Below are positions 11,923 to 25,283 of a DNA stretch of 53,563 nucleotides, in pieces. Numbering within the stretch: the first letter of the stretch is position 1; the number at the start of each line of letters is the position of its first letter. The translations under genes were made by a program, and so were the position numbers. Under the pieces are notes generated by a model, which did no database searches, was not told the origin of the DNA, and worked only from the letters and a program-made list of their open reading frames with translations. Origin of the DNA: Octopus sinensis (Eukaryota); assembly GCF_006345805.1 (NCBI RefSeq), contig NW_021833853.1:1-53563 (forward strand), written 5' to 3'.

Positions 11923-12190
11923 TTTAAAGCAAATTCAAAAATACGAAGTTTTACCGAGAGGAGGATTCTCAAGGAAAACCATAACATGCCGGCTGGAAAA
12001 TAGCATCGCTCGATGAGACTGGCTGACACTTAAGCAGCATCGCTGATTGACAGGAAGCGGTCTAATGGCGCCAAGGCTTGTACCACCAAACAACTTGTCG
12101 GCTCTGGTTGCTGGAACTGAAGCTAACACGACACTGTTGAATGGTAGGGTTAGAGAGGGCACGGGCTAAGATTACGCGCCCTTCCCCTCC

Positions 12191-12296
12191 ATTGGTCAGT
12201 TGAAGCTTAGACAGTGTCACGTGACAACTAGCCGGTGCTGACTGCTAGAGCCTACAAGCGAGTATTTAAAGGGAAATTTGGTCGGATGTTCAGTCG
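12191..12296 (+). promoter_or_regulatory. Possible Pol II core promoter: reverse CCAAT, palindromic E-box, TATA-like box, Inr
   Basis: ATTGG 12191-12195; TGTCACGTGACA 12215-12226; TATTTAAA 12263-12270; TCAGTC with its A at 12292, 29 nt after the TATA start. Confidence 0.3.
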
Positions 12297-12360
12297 CCCG
12301 CTGACACTCACACGCGAATATATTTACATATGTATATGTGTGTGTATGTGTGTGTGTGTG

Positions 12361-12724
12361 TATTTATCTTTTATATTTTACTTTTTCCAGTCATTAAACT
12401 GTGGCCATGCTGGAGGGTTTAGTTGAACAAATCGACCGCAGCACTTAAATATATTCCAATCTGGTACTTATTCTATCGAACTTCGTTTGCAAAACTTCAA
12501 AGTTATGAGGACGTAAACACACCAACACCGGTTGTCAAGCGATGGAAGGGAAATAACAATCGCACACACACAAACATACACATATTTATACGAAGGGCTT
12601 CCACATAGTTTTGCGTCTACCAAATTCGCTCACAAGGCATCCGTCAGCCCAGGGCTATAACAGATGACACATGCCCAAGGAACCGCGCAATGCAACTGAA
12701 CCCGAAACTCCGTGGTTGGAAAGC
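12361..12724 (-). mobile_element. Composite A+D SINE
   Basis: D module (ttccagtcattaaactgtggccatgctgg...) followed by the A head in reverse. Confidence 0.8.
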
Positions 12725-12880
12725 GATGATGGTGGTGGTAGTGATGGTGATGGTGTTCCTGGGGGATGATGATGATGATGATGATGGTGTTGGTCACTGT
12801 CGCGGTAGGCGAACTTCTTGACCGCGCAGTCATTTAAACCAAAATATTCAGTGCAGTACAATACATCATATTTCACGTAA

Positions 12881-13201
12881 AGACGCGTGCTTTAGTGGTC
12901 AGAGTATTCAGCTCACAACAGCAAGGCCATGAGTTCAATTCCTGGCAGCGCGTTGTGTCCTTGAACAACACCCGCTTTCTCACATTGCTCTTATTCGCCC
13001 AGCAGGAGAAAATGGGTTGCACCTTAAACTCAAGGGACCACCCTTGTCACATTCTGTCTCGATGAACCACCGTGAGAACTGCGTTAAGGATACACATGTC
13101 TGTGGAGGACTCAGCCATTTTCACATTAACTTCAGAAGCAAGGTGTTGCGTTGATTGGAGGATCAACTGGAACACGCCTCCTCATAACCGACAGAGTGTC
13201 G
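12881..13201 (+). mobile_element. Family-C tRNA-derived SINE
   Basis: gcgtgctttagtggtcagag (A box), gagttcaattcc (B box), gcgttgtgtccttgaacaa; the body matches 17300-17580 (gagaact.cgttaag...ggatcaactggaac). Confidence 0.8.
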
Positions 13202-13212
13202 GTTTATTTGAC

Positions 13213-13894
13213 ATTGTTTGTACCTTCTCGAGCCATGCCTAGCTCATTAGGGCGGCTTTCCCGGCTTCCTTGGCGTATAGGTTCTTCACCTGGACGGGAC
13301 GCCGGTCCGTCGCAGGTGAGCTGCAAGATGCAGGAGGAAAGAGTGAGAGAAAGTTGTGGCGAAAGAATCAGCAGAAGTTCGCCATTACCTTCTGCCGGAG
13401 CCGCATGGAGCTTAGGTGTTTCGTTCATAAACACATACACTTGCGTCAGAAATTAATTAGCACTTCTCAAATTTCTACATTAAATAGGTTAAATCAATTA
13501 ACCTATGAGCTGTTCAAAACGTCTTACGCGATGAGAAAACTTAGTATGGTGTGATTTCTGTCCTTGCGAGGCGCTACCTATATCTATTAAACAAAGGAAG
13601 ATTTGTCTGCATCAGCACTCCAAGTTGTTGCACTGCTATGTCAACATCATAAGGCTGTAGACTCTCAAACTGCTCTGCAAACAAAGTTACGTCATCGTTC
13701 TGCGCAACAGTGAACTCGCAACAAAGCAATAGTTCGAGATATGGCCACTAGGTGACAGCACATACCTTGAGTGAAGAGCAAATCAAGGGTGCTAATTAAT
13801 TTCTGACGGTAGTGTACATCGCCCGGTCAGAGATTCGAACCCGCGATCCCTCGACCGCCAGTCCGCTGCTCTAACCATTAAGTCATGTGCCTCC
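13213..13894 (-). mobile_element. tRNA-derived SINE with a Meta-domain-like body, split by a MITE at 13438-13814
   Basis: Head ggaggcacatgacttaatggttagagcagcggact...ggttcgaatc; body cctgcgacggaccggcgtcccgtccagg...gaagccggg resembles the MetaSINE domain as I recall it (not database-checked). Confidence 0.8.
13438..13814. mobile_element. 377-bp Tc1/mariner-type MITE with TA target-site duplication
   Basis: TIRs cact(t/a)(g/c)cgtcagaaattaattagcac match 24/26; TA at 13436-13437 and 13815-13816; removing it restores the SINE. Confidence 0.85.
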
Positions 13895-14296
13895 ACTTTA
13901 TTTGATATATAGTCCCCAATAAAATATATTGACGAAGCATTTTGAGTTTTTTAACATAAATTGTTTAAACATGTTCCTACGAACTCACAAGCGCCAGTGT
14001 ATGCACAGGCATGCGCCTGCTATTTGTGTGTGTGTTTTGCGCTAGCAGCCCAAAACATCGTTGAATCATAAATATATCAATCAAAATGAAGATAAATATC
14101 ACGGGGACCCTAAACCATGTTTTCCCTTTGTCGAGTCGGCCATGGAAACAGTCCAAACATTCACGTCATAAGCCGGAACAACTGCAGAAGCCGGGAGTCG
14201 AATATATGGAGATTAATTACTGTAGCGACAACATATGCTGTATGTAAAGACAGGGATCTATGAATGTATGCACGTATACACATACATTATATGTAT

Positions 14297-14329
<33 letters not shown>

Positions 14330-14844
14330 TATATATATATATAAATATATATGCACACACAAACACATATATAGACATGCATAAACACACACATATATAT
14401 ATTCTTATATACACACATACACATACAAATATATATTTATGCATTCGTGTGTATCCATGTATTCGCATGCACCTTTTTACACACACACACACACACACAT
14501 ATAGTCATTATGAGGATATATAAACCTGTTACATGGATAGTTTTAGCCAAGATTCACTGGTTTAATATCATATATTTTGAAGATATAATTCTTCAAGAAA
14601 TATATTATACAAATATTAAATATTATTAAGAAATTGGAGATATAATGGCTATAAATTAATTTTTAATTAACATTGCCTGCAATCGTTTCAGTTTACACTC
14701 AATACAAATTACAAAATATATATAATAAAAAATTTCGCACTTTTTAAGATTTTGAGTTAAATACCTTCGGGGCAAAAATGGCATTATGGAATCTACATGT
14801 GAATCAGTTGAGGTACTCCAACAGATTTCTTTCTTAATAATATT

Positions 14845-14881
<37 letters not shown>

Positions 14882-14934
14882 GATATATATTTGATATATA
14901 TATATAAACATACATACGTGTGTGTATGTATGTG

Positions 14935-15140
14935 TGTCTTTGTGCTTGTCTCTAACTGCCGCTTGGCAACCGGTGTTCTCTAGTTTGTGTTCCCGTAAGC
15001 TAGAGATGCGGCATAAATGACCGACATATGTGTCAAGCTTAGAAATAGTCACTGGCGTAGATTTGTTCAAGCAACCTTGCAAAGCGCTGCTTCGGCATGG
15101 CCGCAGTGCAATGACTGAGAGAAGCAATAGAGCAAAAGTG
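14935..15140 (+). mobile_element. Solo, diverged D module
   Basis: gcttggcaaccggtg...cccgtaag...gcatggccgcagtgcaatgactgag. Confidence 0.75.
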
Positions 15141-15946
15141 TATCCCAGCAAGATTTTGTGACCTAATACGACTTAGCAATAAAGTTGACCTTTTTGCTAT
15201 GTAACCCAAGGCGTAAACTGTGTTATGCAGACAATTGTCCACATGACTGCTTGCAACCCGTTGTTCACAATAGTCACCAGTGAGAATTTCTTGGCAGAGC
15301 TGAAGCGCCCCTCATGCAAGTGTTTAAGCCCTCTGTAAGGGGCCGAGCTACATTCAGGTCATGATTCTTGGATAGTCCAATGTGGCCACATTTTGTGTTG
15401 TCAGCGTTGCAACCCTTGTGAATGGTTGTCTTGCCATACGATACCATACCTTCAACTTTCTGAAGTCAAAACAGCGCACCAACTCCTAAACATTTACCAG
15501 GTGCAGTGTGTGACAGTCTGGTCGTTTAGTGTCTCCATTGTCCATTCTATTTCCGTTCTCGAGATTCAGTTTCTCTGTTACAAAACGATTTTAATAGAAA
15601 ATAAATGAAAACAAGAATTTCCGATATTTAATCAACAAACGAAAAAAGCAAGAAAAAATGATGAAAACTAAACATATATTAATTTAATTAAAATCTAATA
15701 ACAGAAACACTTTGATTTCTTTCATTATTTTCTTTTAATATATCATAAGCTGTTCTCTTCGGAATGATAAACATTAGTCTGTGTACAATACTTTGTTATA
15801 GAAAGAGTGAGAGAGAGAAAGCGAGACTTTATTATTCACTAGAAAAATCGACGTTCGCTGTCTTTTTGGACAAAGAATTGTTGAATGGATAAGCACAGGT
15901 TTTCAAGACTGAATAGAAACAGAAATATTGCTCTACACACACACAA

Positions 15947-15999
<53 letters not shown>

Positions 16000-16758
16000 C
16001 ACACGCACCCGCACACACGCACAAATCCATACACACATAAACGCACAAACATACACACAAATACACAATCACACAAAACATACGTTTATGCATACATACA
16101 TATATACATGCTTCTATACACGTGTGTATGCACATATATATATATTATATATATGTATATATATATTTATATATGTATATACATACATATATATATATAC
16201 ACACATACAAATATGTGTACATATATATATACGTATATACACACACAATTATATATATATATATATGTGTGCATATATATATATATACATACACAGCCTC
16301 ATAAACGTACATGCACACAAACATACAGACACACACAGATATATACAACTACACACACTACACACACATACACACACACACATATATATCCATATATGTA
16401 TGTATAGGGATATACATACACATATACAGCTACAATCTACAAACGTTTATTGAACAGGGACAGCGAGTATAGCTTAGTATATGATGGCCCAATAGACACA
16501 CTGTATAATGTTGACTGTAGAACTGAAATGGACGAGTGGCTCTAAAACTAATCAGATCAAAGAAACAGTCTGTCCGTTGCCGATTGTAATGGTCAGTGGT
16601 CACTGGTGGCAGCTGACAGAAGTGTCTCTTTTGTTTGTTTTGTCCGGTGAGAGGAGGTGAGATTTGAAATCAGAACTCCAAGCGTCAGATGCTCTAACAA
16701 TTCTCTTAATCTCCCTCTCTGGACATAGACTAAATTTGTCGACCCCGACAGGATGAGT

Positions 16759-17010
16759 GAAGGTGAATGGCCTTGTGGTTTGAGTGTTGCACTGGTCATT
16801 GCAAGGTGGTCGTTTCGACTCCCGGATCAGATGGTGTGTTGTGGTTTTGAGCAAAAAACTTCATTCCACATTGCTACTGTCCTCTCAGCTGTATGTGGGT
16901 TAATCCTGAAACTGTATGGCATTTTCTTCAGGGCAGATGTTGTAATCTCGATCACCTATACGCCATGGAAACCGGGTAACCAAGTGTACGAGTCCTAGGA
17001 CTCGAGCCAG
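16759..17010 (+). mobile_element. Diverged Meta-like tRNA SINE
   Basis: tggccttgtggtttgag head, gtttcgactccc, gttttgagcaaaaaact..ctcagctg, cctatacgccatggaaaccggg as in the 13213 family. Confidence 0.7.
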
Positions 17011-17299
17011 TAATGTCCTGTGCCTAATGATGATGACAGGATGACAGGCAAAAATGACTTATGCGATATTTGAACTCACAAAACTGAGAGTCAGAACAAA
17101 TACCGCAAAGAACTTCGTCCGGAGTTCTATCAACTCTGTTAAATTCCATCTTAAGTTATGTGAACCCTATCTGGATAAACAAGGGACATAAAAGTGGAGC
17201 AAGGTCCTGAATTTCTTATTCATTTTCCTTCTCCAACAATAGCCAGATACCTTTGAATAAAATATATCTTCTTGAATTGGGTCAGGAGGAATCAAATAC

Positions 17300-17580
17300 A
17301 TGGGGCTATGAGTTAGATTCCTAGCGACGCATAGTGTCCTCGAGCAAAACACTTTATTTCACGTTGCTTTAATTCACTCAGCTGTCAAAAATGAGTTGTA
17401 GCCGTATTTCAAAGGGCCAGTCACGTTAAATTCTGTGTCACACTAGACATCTCTGAGAACTACGTTAAGAGCACTCGGATCTGCGGTGTGCTCAGCCACT
17501 TATGCATTAATTTCACGAGCAGACTGTTTCATTGACCGGATCAACTGGAGCACACGTCATTGTAACGGACGGAGTGCCAG
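17300..17580 (+). mobile_element. Family-C SINE, head partly lost
   Basis: Aligns with 12881-13201. Confidence 0.75.
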
Positions 17581-17982
17581 AAATTCACCCGGGCCCTTTC
17601 AACTAACTGTTAAAAATCCATTAAAAATCTCAGGTGAGGATCACCACAGGGTGCTGATCTGTAGTTTTTGGACGGTGGTGCTGCTGTTACAAACACAAGT
17701 GTAGTGGATCGCGTCCAAAAAATGTTCACAGGCTGTATAGCCGAAACACATTCACAAACACTCCAACCACTATGTGTATTTGGTAGTTAATAAGACGTTT
17801 GGTATACATCGGGTACTTTGCCGGTAAAGCACGTTCGCTGGCCCAGTGTTCGTTGGGTATTTGATTAATGAAAGATACAGAAGATGGAAGATACGAGAAT
17901 CTTTATTGAACACTGCAATCGTTTCGACCCATCTAGCTTTACTTACTCGTGGGTGGGATACCACACAACTGGTTTCGGTGTA

Positions 17983-18145
17983 CACGACGGGCTTCTTTAA
18001 GTTTCTGTCCACCAAATCCACTCACAAAGCTTTGGTCGGCCCGAGGCTATAGTAAAAGACACTTGCCCAGGGTAGCATGCAATGGGACTGAACACGGAAC
18101 CATGTGGTTGAGAAACAAGCTTCTTACCACATGGCCACCTCAGCG
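17983..18145 (-). mobile_element. Family-A SINE head
   Basis: acgacgggcttcttt...ccaaatccactcacaaagctttggtcggcccgaggctatag...cttaccaca. Confidence 0.85.
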
Positions 18146-18208
18146 TATAGAATTGATTAAAAATATTATTTTGGCTGATTATGAGTTTCTTAACGCGTCT
18201 GCATATTA

Positions 18209-18458
18209 TTGGGTTGGTGCATAATTATTGCAGCTCTTTTTTCAACAAATTTTATTCCACAAAAACAATAACAACTTATAACAAAGTCATCTTTAAATGG
18301 TTATTCCGGATGATATTCACCATCTACTTCAATTACTCCTTCCCATTTGCTTGGCAGACGGTCAGACCGTCATTTAAAGATGTTTTTGTTAAATATTGTT
18401 ATTTCTTGTTGAATAAAATTTGCTGAAAAATAGCCGCAATAATTATGCACCAACCCAA
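18209..18458 (-). mobile_element. 250-bp mariner deletion derivative
   Basis: TIR ttgggttggtgcataattattgc(a/g)gct matches 26/27 and resembles the Hsmar1/MADE1 type; TA on the left, CA on the right; retains transposase C-terminal codons DRLPSKWEGVIEVDGEY on the minus strand. Confidence 0.85.
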
Positions 18459-18519
18459 CAGTTTTTCGCATCAATGTCCTATATACATAAACACACACGC
18501 ATGTATATAACTAGCCCTT

Positions 18520-19120
18520 AAATACAAAAGGGATATTGTAAAGGAAAATTGGGTAGAACCATCGACAGAGGACAGACCTATGACTAAGCTCAATTATATC
18601 ATTATAGTGTTTGCTCGTTCCGTACGGTTGACCGCTTCGTTGGATGGTAAGACATCTCTAACCCTGGTTTCGAGTATAGTCAGCAGAATCTTCTCAGATG
18701 ATGCTAAATTGCTTCAGATCTTATTAGAAGGTGATGTGCCATTTATTCTTAAGACCCCTCTCTCTCTTTCTTTATCGCTTTGGAGGTACCCGTTATATAG
18801 CTGTCTTGGGTATTCTCTCTTCTGACAGTTGGAAAAATATGGTCTGTAAGTCCCATTCTTCTTTGTGCCACAATTTCCAAAAGGCTGCACAGATTGGTTC
18901 TTCGCTCCTCATCGGACATTGTGATTTTGTCCCCCTGTTAGTGATCTTCTTTATTCTGCATAGACACACCTTTGGTGGATTCATTTCAACAATCATTTTC
19001 CAAGTTGCTCCTGCCTCGGCGTTCGATTCAGAATTAACATAATTAACACAATTAGCAGTAGTACAGAGCTAATATCAGGGATAGTTCAGATTGAGCACTG
19101 GGGTGGATGTACTCGGTTTA
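18520..19120 (-). pseudogene. Possible decayed DNA-transposon coding relic (Sola-like?)
   Basis: Minus frame ...PPKVCLCRIKKITNRGTKSQCPMRSEEPICAAFWKLWHKEEWDLQTIFF... resembles the C-x-C...C...FW...Q..F segment I associate with Sola-type elements; no TIRs found. Confidence 0.25.
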
Positions 19121-19404
19121 CCCCTCACCCTTTTGTCAAACTTTGAAGCCAATATAAAACATATTTTGAAATATTTGCAATCGATAAGGCACCGACCAAT
19201 TCGCACATCACGTGACATGCTACCACATTGTGTTTTGCTTCAACAATTGCGACAAAGATCCACTCTATGTCACTGCATCCAAATTCTTGGAAACGCGAGT
19301 TAACCTGTGGAATTGATGGAGAAGACAGCCGTGAAATACATGTTTCTGCATATGCACATATATATGTATGAATATATATACATGTATGCATGCATATATA
19401 TATA

Positions 19405-19446
<42 letters not shown>

Positions 19447-19631
19447 TTACTTTTAGTCGTTATGTAAATAGTTCCATAATACTACTAAGATAAATACACG
19501 GAGAGAAATGCATGCAGGCGTATATGATCATGCATTCATATATACATTCACAAACGCATATGCATATTCATGTATGTGTGTGTGTATGTATGCATGTATT
19601 ATGTATATATATCCTTTTATGTATATGTATG

Positions 19632-19687
<56 letters not shown>

Positions 19688-19999
19688 ACTTATATATAGC
19701 ATATACTTAAAATACATACAATGTGTGAGTGTATGTAGACACACACATTCATATAGTTACCCATATATATAAAAAGTACAGTTAACACAAAGGATTGAAA
19801 AAATAACAAGACACAAGGCAAATACAGGAAAAAAACAAACAGTAATAAAACAACTGAATAGGAGAGAAGCTAAACAAAACACCACCGACCCCAAAAAAGG
19901 TAAAATACATAGATATAAGGCAAGCTTTAAAAAATCCCCATTACAAATACAACAAAATGGACTACAGAAAGTACAATAGCATCAATAACCACATCAACA

Positions 20000-20075
<76 letters not shown>

Positions 20076-21234
20076 GCCCCTATGCTATATATATATATAT
20101 GTTGTCACTCTCATTGATCCAAAGAACCGTTAATGCTGACATTTGGTTTAGCACTGTCACAGTTCAAATGGAATCTGTCAACCTATTCTCTAGGCATCCA
20201 TCTCGCTAGCTTCCCCTCTCTCATTTCATTAGCTCACATTTACTTTCACTTTCGCTTTTGCTCTCTCCACACACATACTTCACTCCCACCTCACCCTCGC
20301 CTTACTCCCACCTTTATACACCAAACTTTACTTTCAATAGTCTGTTTACACTATCATATACATATAGTTAAATACACTGATGCATACACTTACACATGTA
20401 CATGCACATATACATATATACATACATAAATTACACAAATATATACATATGTATATATTGCGTATATATAAAAATATATACATATATGCATACATACACA
20501 CATATATATGTATATAAATCACACACACACATATATATATAAATATATGATATTATATATATATTACAAATTTTATATATATATTATAAATATATATATA
20601 TGTATATATATATACATACCACAGACACATAATAACATACATATGCATGTGTATTTGTATAATTATATAATAAATTTCTTTGAATATACTTATATATATA
20701 TATATGTATAAACACTCACACATACACACACACACATACACAGACACAACTCACATATGAATATCAATGGGCGGATATTTAACGACATACAAAGATACGG
20801 ACAGAAATACATACATATTAAACACATTTACACACACACACACAAATGTATATGTATGTATATAAATACATAGGTGCATATATATATGCATATACATATA
20901 TTACACACGCACATGTATATATATATATATATATATATATAAATATCCATATATATATACTTACATATATATTATATATACGTATATACTCATATATATG
21001 TATATATGTATATATACATATACGTATATATACATACATAAATATATTTATATATGTATGTATATACACTACGGCCATAACTGCTACCATTGTAAAACCC
21101 AAGGCTACAGTATTTTATTGTTGCGGAAATGGAGTGCTAGGTTTAACCGTCTCTTGACTCCCCCTCTCTTATACACATCTCCTCTTTCTTCTTTTCTCAC
21201 TCCGTTTCTCTTTCGGTCTCTCTCTGTCTCTCCT

Positions 21235-21274
<40 letters not shown>

Positions 21275-21379
21275 TCTGTTGTCATTTTTTTTATATATAT
21301 ATTATTTATTTATTTATTTTTTGTGGTCATTCCATTACTGTCTCAATGTTTGTTCATTCGACACGGCCAGCACCACCAC

Positions 21380-21880
21380 CACAACTATTATAAACATCAA
21401 AGAAAGCAATCACCACGGCCACTGCGACCACCACCACAATCGCCGTCACCACCACAATAATCACTACCCCTCCCCCCCCGATCACTACTACAGCCACCAC
21501 CACCACCATCGCCACTACAATCACCCCCAACTACCATAATCATCATCACCACCACTAACATAACCACCGCCACCACCACCACCACCACCACCACCACCAC
21601 CACCACCACCATAACCACCTCCACTATAACTACCACCGCCACCATAACCACCACCACCACCACCACAACCACCACCACCACCACCACCACCATAACCACC
21701 TCCACTATAAATACCACCACCACCATAACCACCACTAGCGCCTGCACAACACCACCACCACCACCACCATTATCATCTACCACCACTACAATCACAAACT
21801 CCATAACCACCACCATCTTTACTACAACCAGTGCCTTAACAGCGACGATGGCTACCACCATCACCACCACCATCACAACC
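21380..21880. repeat. (CAC/ACC/TAC)n low-complexity tract
   Basis: Direct reading. Confidence 0.9.
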
Positions 21881-22191
21881 ATCCCAAGAAACCATTAATA
21901 TGATACATTGCTATATTTCTGTAGAAATTATACCTTTTCACCTAAAAATATTTTATTTTCGTTGCTGCTGTTGTTATACATTAATATTACCCTCCCCCAC
22001 TGTATATGTGTACATACATGTATGCCTATACGCATGCGTGTGTATGTATCCTACATCTAGGGTTGGTGCATTACGTTTCATTTTTTAAAAAATATTCTTT
22101 AAAGATTGTTTTGGTTCTTTTGTTTGCAATGGAGAATTTCTGAGTTATGTATGTATATATATACATATACGTACATACATACATACATACA

Positions 22192-22222
<31 letters not shown>

Positions 22223-22501
22223 GTGTGTGTGTGTGTATATATGTGTGTGTATATGTGTGTGTGTATATGTGTGTATATGCATATATACAAATATGGTGTT
22301 GCAAACAGAAAAATTATAGCTCAAAATATAAGAAGATATATATATTTTTTCATTTATACTTACAGAAGCAATAGAGTGACTCAAGGACCGAAAGTTTCGT
22401 GTATTAACCTTTTATGAAAATTATATATATATATAAATATGCGCAAACATACACAAACGAAATTAAATGTGTGTGTTGTATATATATATATGTATATATA
22501 G

Positions 22502-22557
<56 letters not shown>

Positions 22558-23117
22558 TATATATATATATATTTTATACATATATATATGTTATATATAT
22601 GTATATATATATATATATACATATCTACTATATATATATATATTATATACATATATATATATAAATACAAATGTGCATATACCCACGCACGCACACACAT
22701 ACACACACATATAATGTAAATATATGCATGTGTTTGTGTATGTAAACATATGGATAGATAAATGTATATATACAAACATATATGTATATGCATGTATCTC
22801 TCTTCCTCTTTCTCTCTCTATATATGCATCTATGAATGTATGCATATTTTGGTGTTCTATCGTTTCTGGTTTCGATAGGAACCCTCCTCAGGGGCAGAGA
22901 GCATCGTCAAAAGCCATGCTTTGATATACAAATATTCATAAGAAGCAAAACGATATTTGCGAAACGTACTAAAAGTCATTAAAAAAATCCAACTCTCTGA
23001 CTAACAGAGAGTTCTTGCAAATAGCTTTTTGCTTAAATGGTTAAAAGAAATATTATGCAGGACAGGGATGCAAAACTATCAGTTACGTGACTGTGCGGTT
23101 TCAAGTTTAAAACATAT

Positions 23118-23325
23118 ATATCTTTCATTTGTTCCAATCTTTAGTCTGTGACCATACTGGGGCACCACCTTTCAAAGGTTTCAGTCGGTCGAATAGACTT
23201 TTATGTTCTGTTTTATTTTGAAAATCATGTAGTCATTAAATCAGTATTTTTTGCTGGGCTGTTAATTTACAGGGACGTAAACAAAACAACAACGGTTATC
23301 AAGTGATGGGCGTGTGACAAACACA
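23118..23325 (-). mobile_element. Diverged D module
   Basis: gtctgtgaccatactggggcaccacc...gggacgtaaacaaaac..cggttatcaagtgatgg. Confidence 0.65.
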
Positions 23326-23477
23326 TATATAAACACACCAACACACGCGCACACGCATAGTAGTGACGTCATGAGATTTTATATGATTCGAGAGAACCTG
23401 AAATATTTTTTAAGCAGTGAATCTCGAATCTCGAAGTAGACATATTGTATAAGCCGATTCTTTCTATACACACACAA

Positions 23478-23515
<38 letters not shown>

Positions 23516-23525
23516 TATATATATG

Positions 23526-23556
<31 letters not shown>

Positions 23557-23594
23557 TATATATATACATGCATATTATATATATTATTAATTAT

Positions 23595-23956
23595 TATCAC
23601 CACCTCCGCCTTAGCGAAGGCGGAGGCATTGTTTTCAGTCGTGTTTGCTTGTTTGTCCGTGGACGTATCTCAAGAACCGCTGAATGGATTCGAATGAAAC
23701 TTTCAGAGATGTTTAGCCTCATGACTGGCACGAATTGTTTCGATTTTGGGATTAATCCGGTACTGGACAAGGATTCTGGATTATTTTTCCTGTAGTTTTA
23801 CTTAACTTTTGAGAGCGATCGGGTTCATTTTTAGTATTTCCGTTTCTGAGAGCATTCAAGTTTATTTCAGATATTCTCATTTTGAAAATCATCACCTAAT
23901 CGTTGAGAGGACGTTGGTGTCGCTGTGGCGGAGGATTGCGCTTTCTGATTACCCTT
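23595..23956 (+). mobile_element. Non-autonomous HINE/DINE-1-like (Helentron-type; alternatively Crypton-type) element
   Basis: 5' hairpin cctccgcctt-agcg-aaggcggagg (23603-23626), short GTTT/GTCC microsatellite, core atctcaagaaccgctgaatggattcgaatgaaact, 3' subterminal ggcggagg (23927-23934); flanked by T/ATT-rich DNA. Confidence 0.6.
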
Positions 23957-24015
23957 ATTATTATTATTATTATTATTATTATATTATTATTATGATTATT
24001 ATTTTGTATTATTAT

Positions 24016-24595
24016 TGATGAGGGAGCAGTTCATGCCATCAAGTGACCCTGGGTAAAATTACGAAGCCCAATATACCCATCATGCCTACCCGTCTGATAA
24101 GGTACACCAGGCACATGCATCACAACCATATGTGCACGCATGGTGATCTCATATCAAGATAAACAGCACATGACCTTGCAGGTGGGGCCCAGTTAGAATT
24201 TTCTTCAGTTGAGTAGCCCATCCGCTCAAACGTCCCTGAATAAGGGTTGTTTAAGGATGTTGAAAGAACCACCCATGTTTCCAGAGGTGAACTATTCAAA
24301 CCCCAAAGAATCCCTCTCAACACATGGCATGATGCTCCCCACACTTCTTATCTGCTGCTATCAGAGATGCACATATCGTCAGCCACTAAGGGACATGCTC
24401 AACTGGTTAAGGTCAAACAACTGACAAGCAAATCTGTGGTATTGAGCAGAATATTTGCTGTAGCCCATCTTTTATACCAAGACAAAACAATGTACATGAT
24501 AACACTTCCAATCAGTTAAGATCAGAAGCCATGAGAGCCACTGCCTGGTACGCATCAGGGCATTTTATTATTATTATTATTATTTATTATTATTA

Positions 24596-24663
<68 letters not shown>

Positions 24664-25252
24664 GAGTGAGAGAGCAGTTCATGCCATCAAAGTGACACTG
24701 GGGTAAAAATACGAAGCCCAATATACCATCAGACGACCCGTCTGATAAAGGTACACCAGGCACATGCATCACAACCATATGTGCGCGACATGGTGATCTC
24801 ATATCAAGATAAACAGCAGCACATGACCTTGCAGGTGGGGCCCAGTTAGAATTTTCTTCAGGTTGAGTAGCCATCCCGCTCAAACGGTCCCTGAATAAGG
24901 GTTGTTTAAGGATGTTGAAAGAACCACCCATATTTCCAGAGGTGAACTATTCAAACCCCAAAGAATCCCTCTCAACACATGCTATGATGCTCCCCCACTA
25001 CTTCTGCTCATGATCAGAGATGCACATATCGTCAGCCACTAAGGGACATGCTCAACTGGTTAAGGTCAAACACTGACAAGCAAATCTGTGGTATTGAGCA
25101 GAATATTTGCTGTAGCCCATCTTTTATACCAAGACAAAACAATGTACATGATAACACTTCCAATCAGTTAAGATCAGAAGCCATGAGAGCCATTGCCTGG
25201 TAATTATTATTATTATTATTATTATTATCATTATTATTATTATTATTATTAC

Positions 25253-25283
<31 letters not shown>

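Noticed and set aside
13815-13894. tRNA-like heads as genuine tRNA genes
   Set aside because: Each lacks a matching acceptor stem and continues into a SINE body.
15200-15560. KRPD..TL on minus, resembling a CRE-type restriction-like endonuclease motif
   Set aside because: The downstream PW..G..L.WD motif cannot be recovered even allowing frameshifts.
22855-22900. CUGAGGA-stem-GAAAC on minus; also a CUGAUGAAGCCG stem at about 30605-30634
   Set aside because: The first has mismatched stems I and III and the second lacks GAAA. Possibly dead hammerhead relics, but not supportable.
24960-25205. Short U1 snRNA-like words in the 550-bp repeat (taccaggcag, gtagtggggga)
   Set aside because: Matches are at most about 11 nt, non-colinear in spacing, and I find no Sm site or U1 stems.
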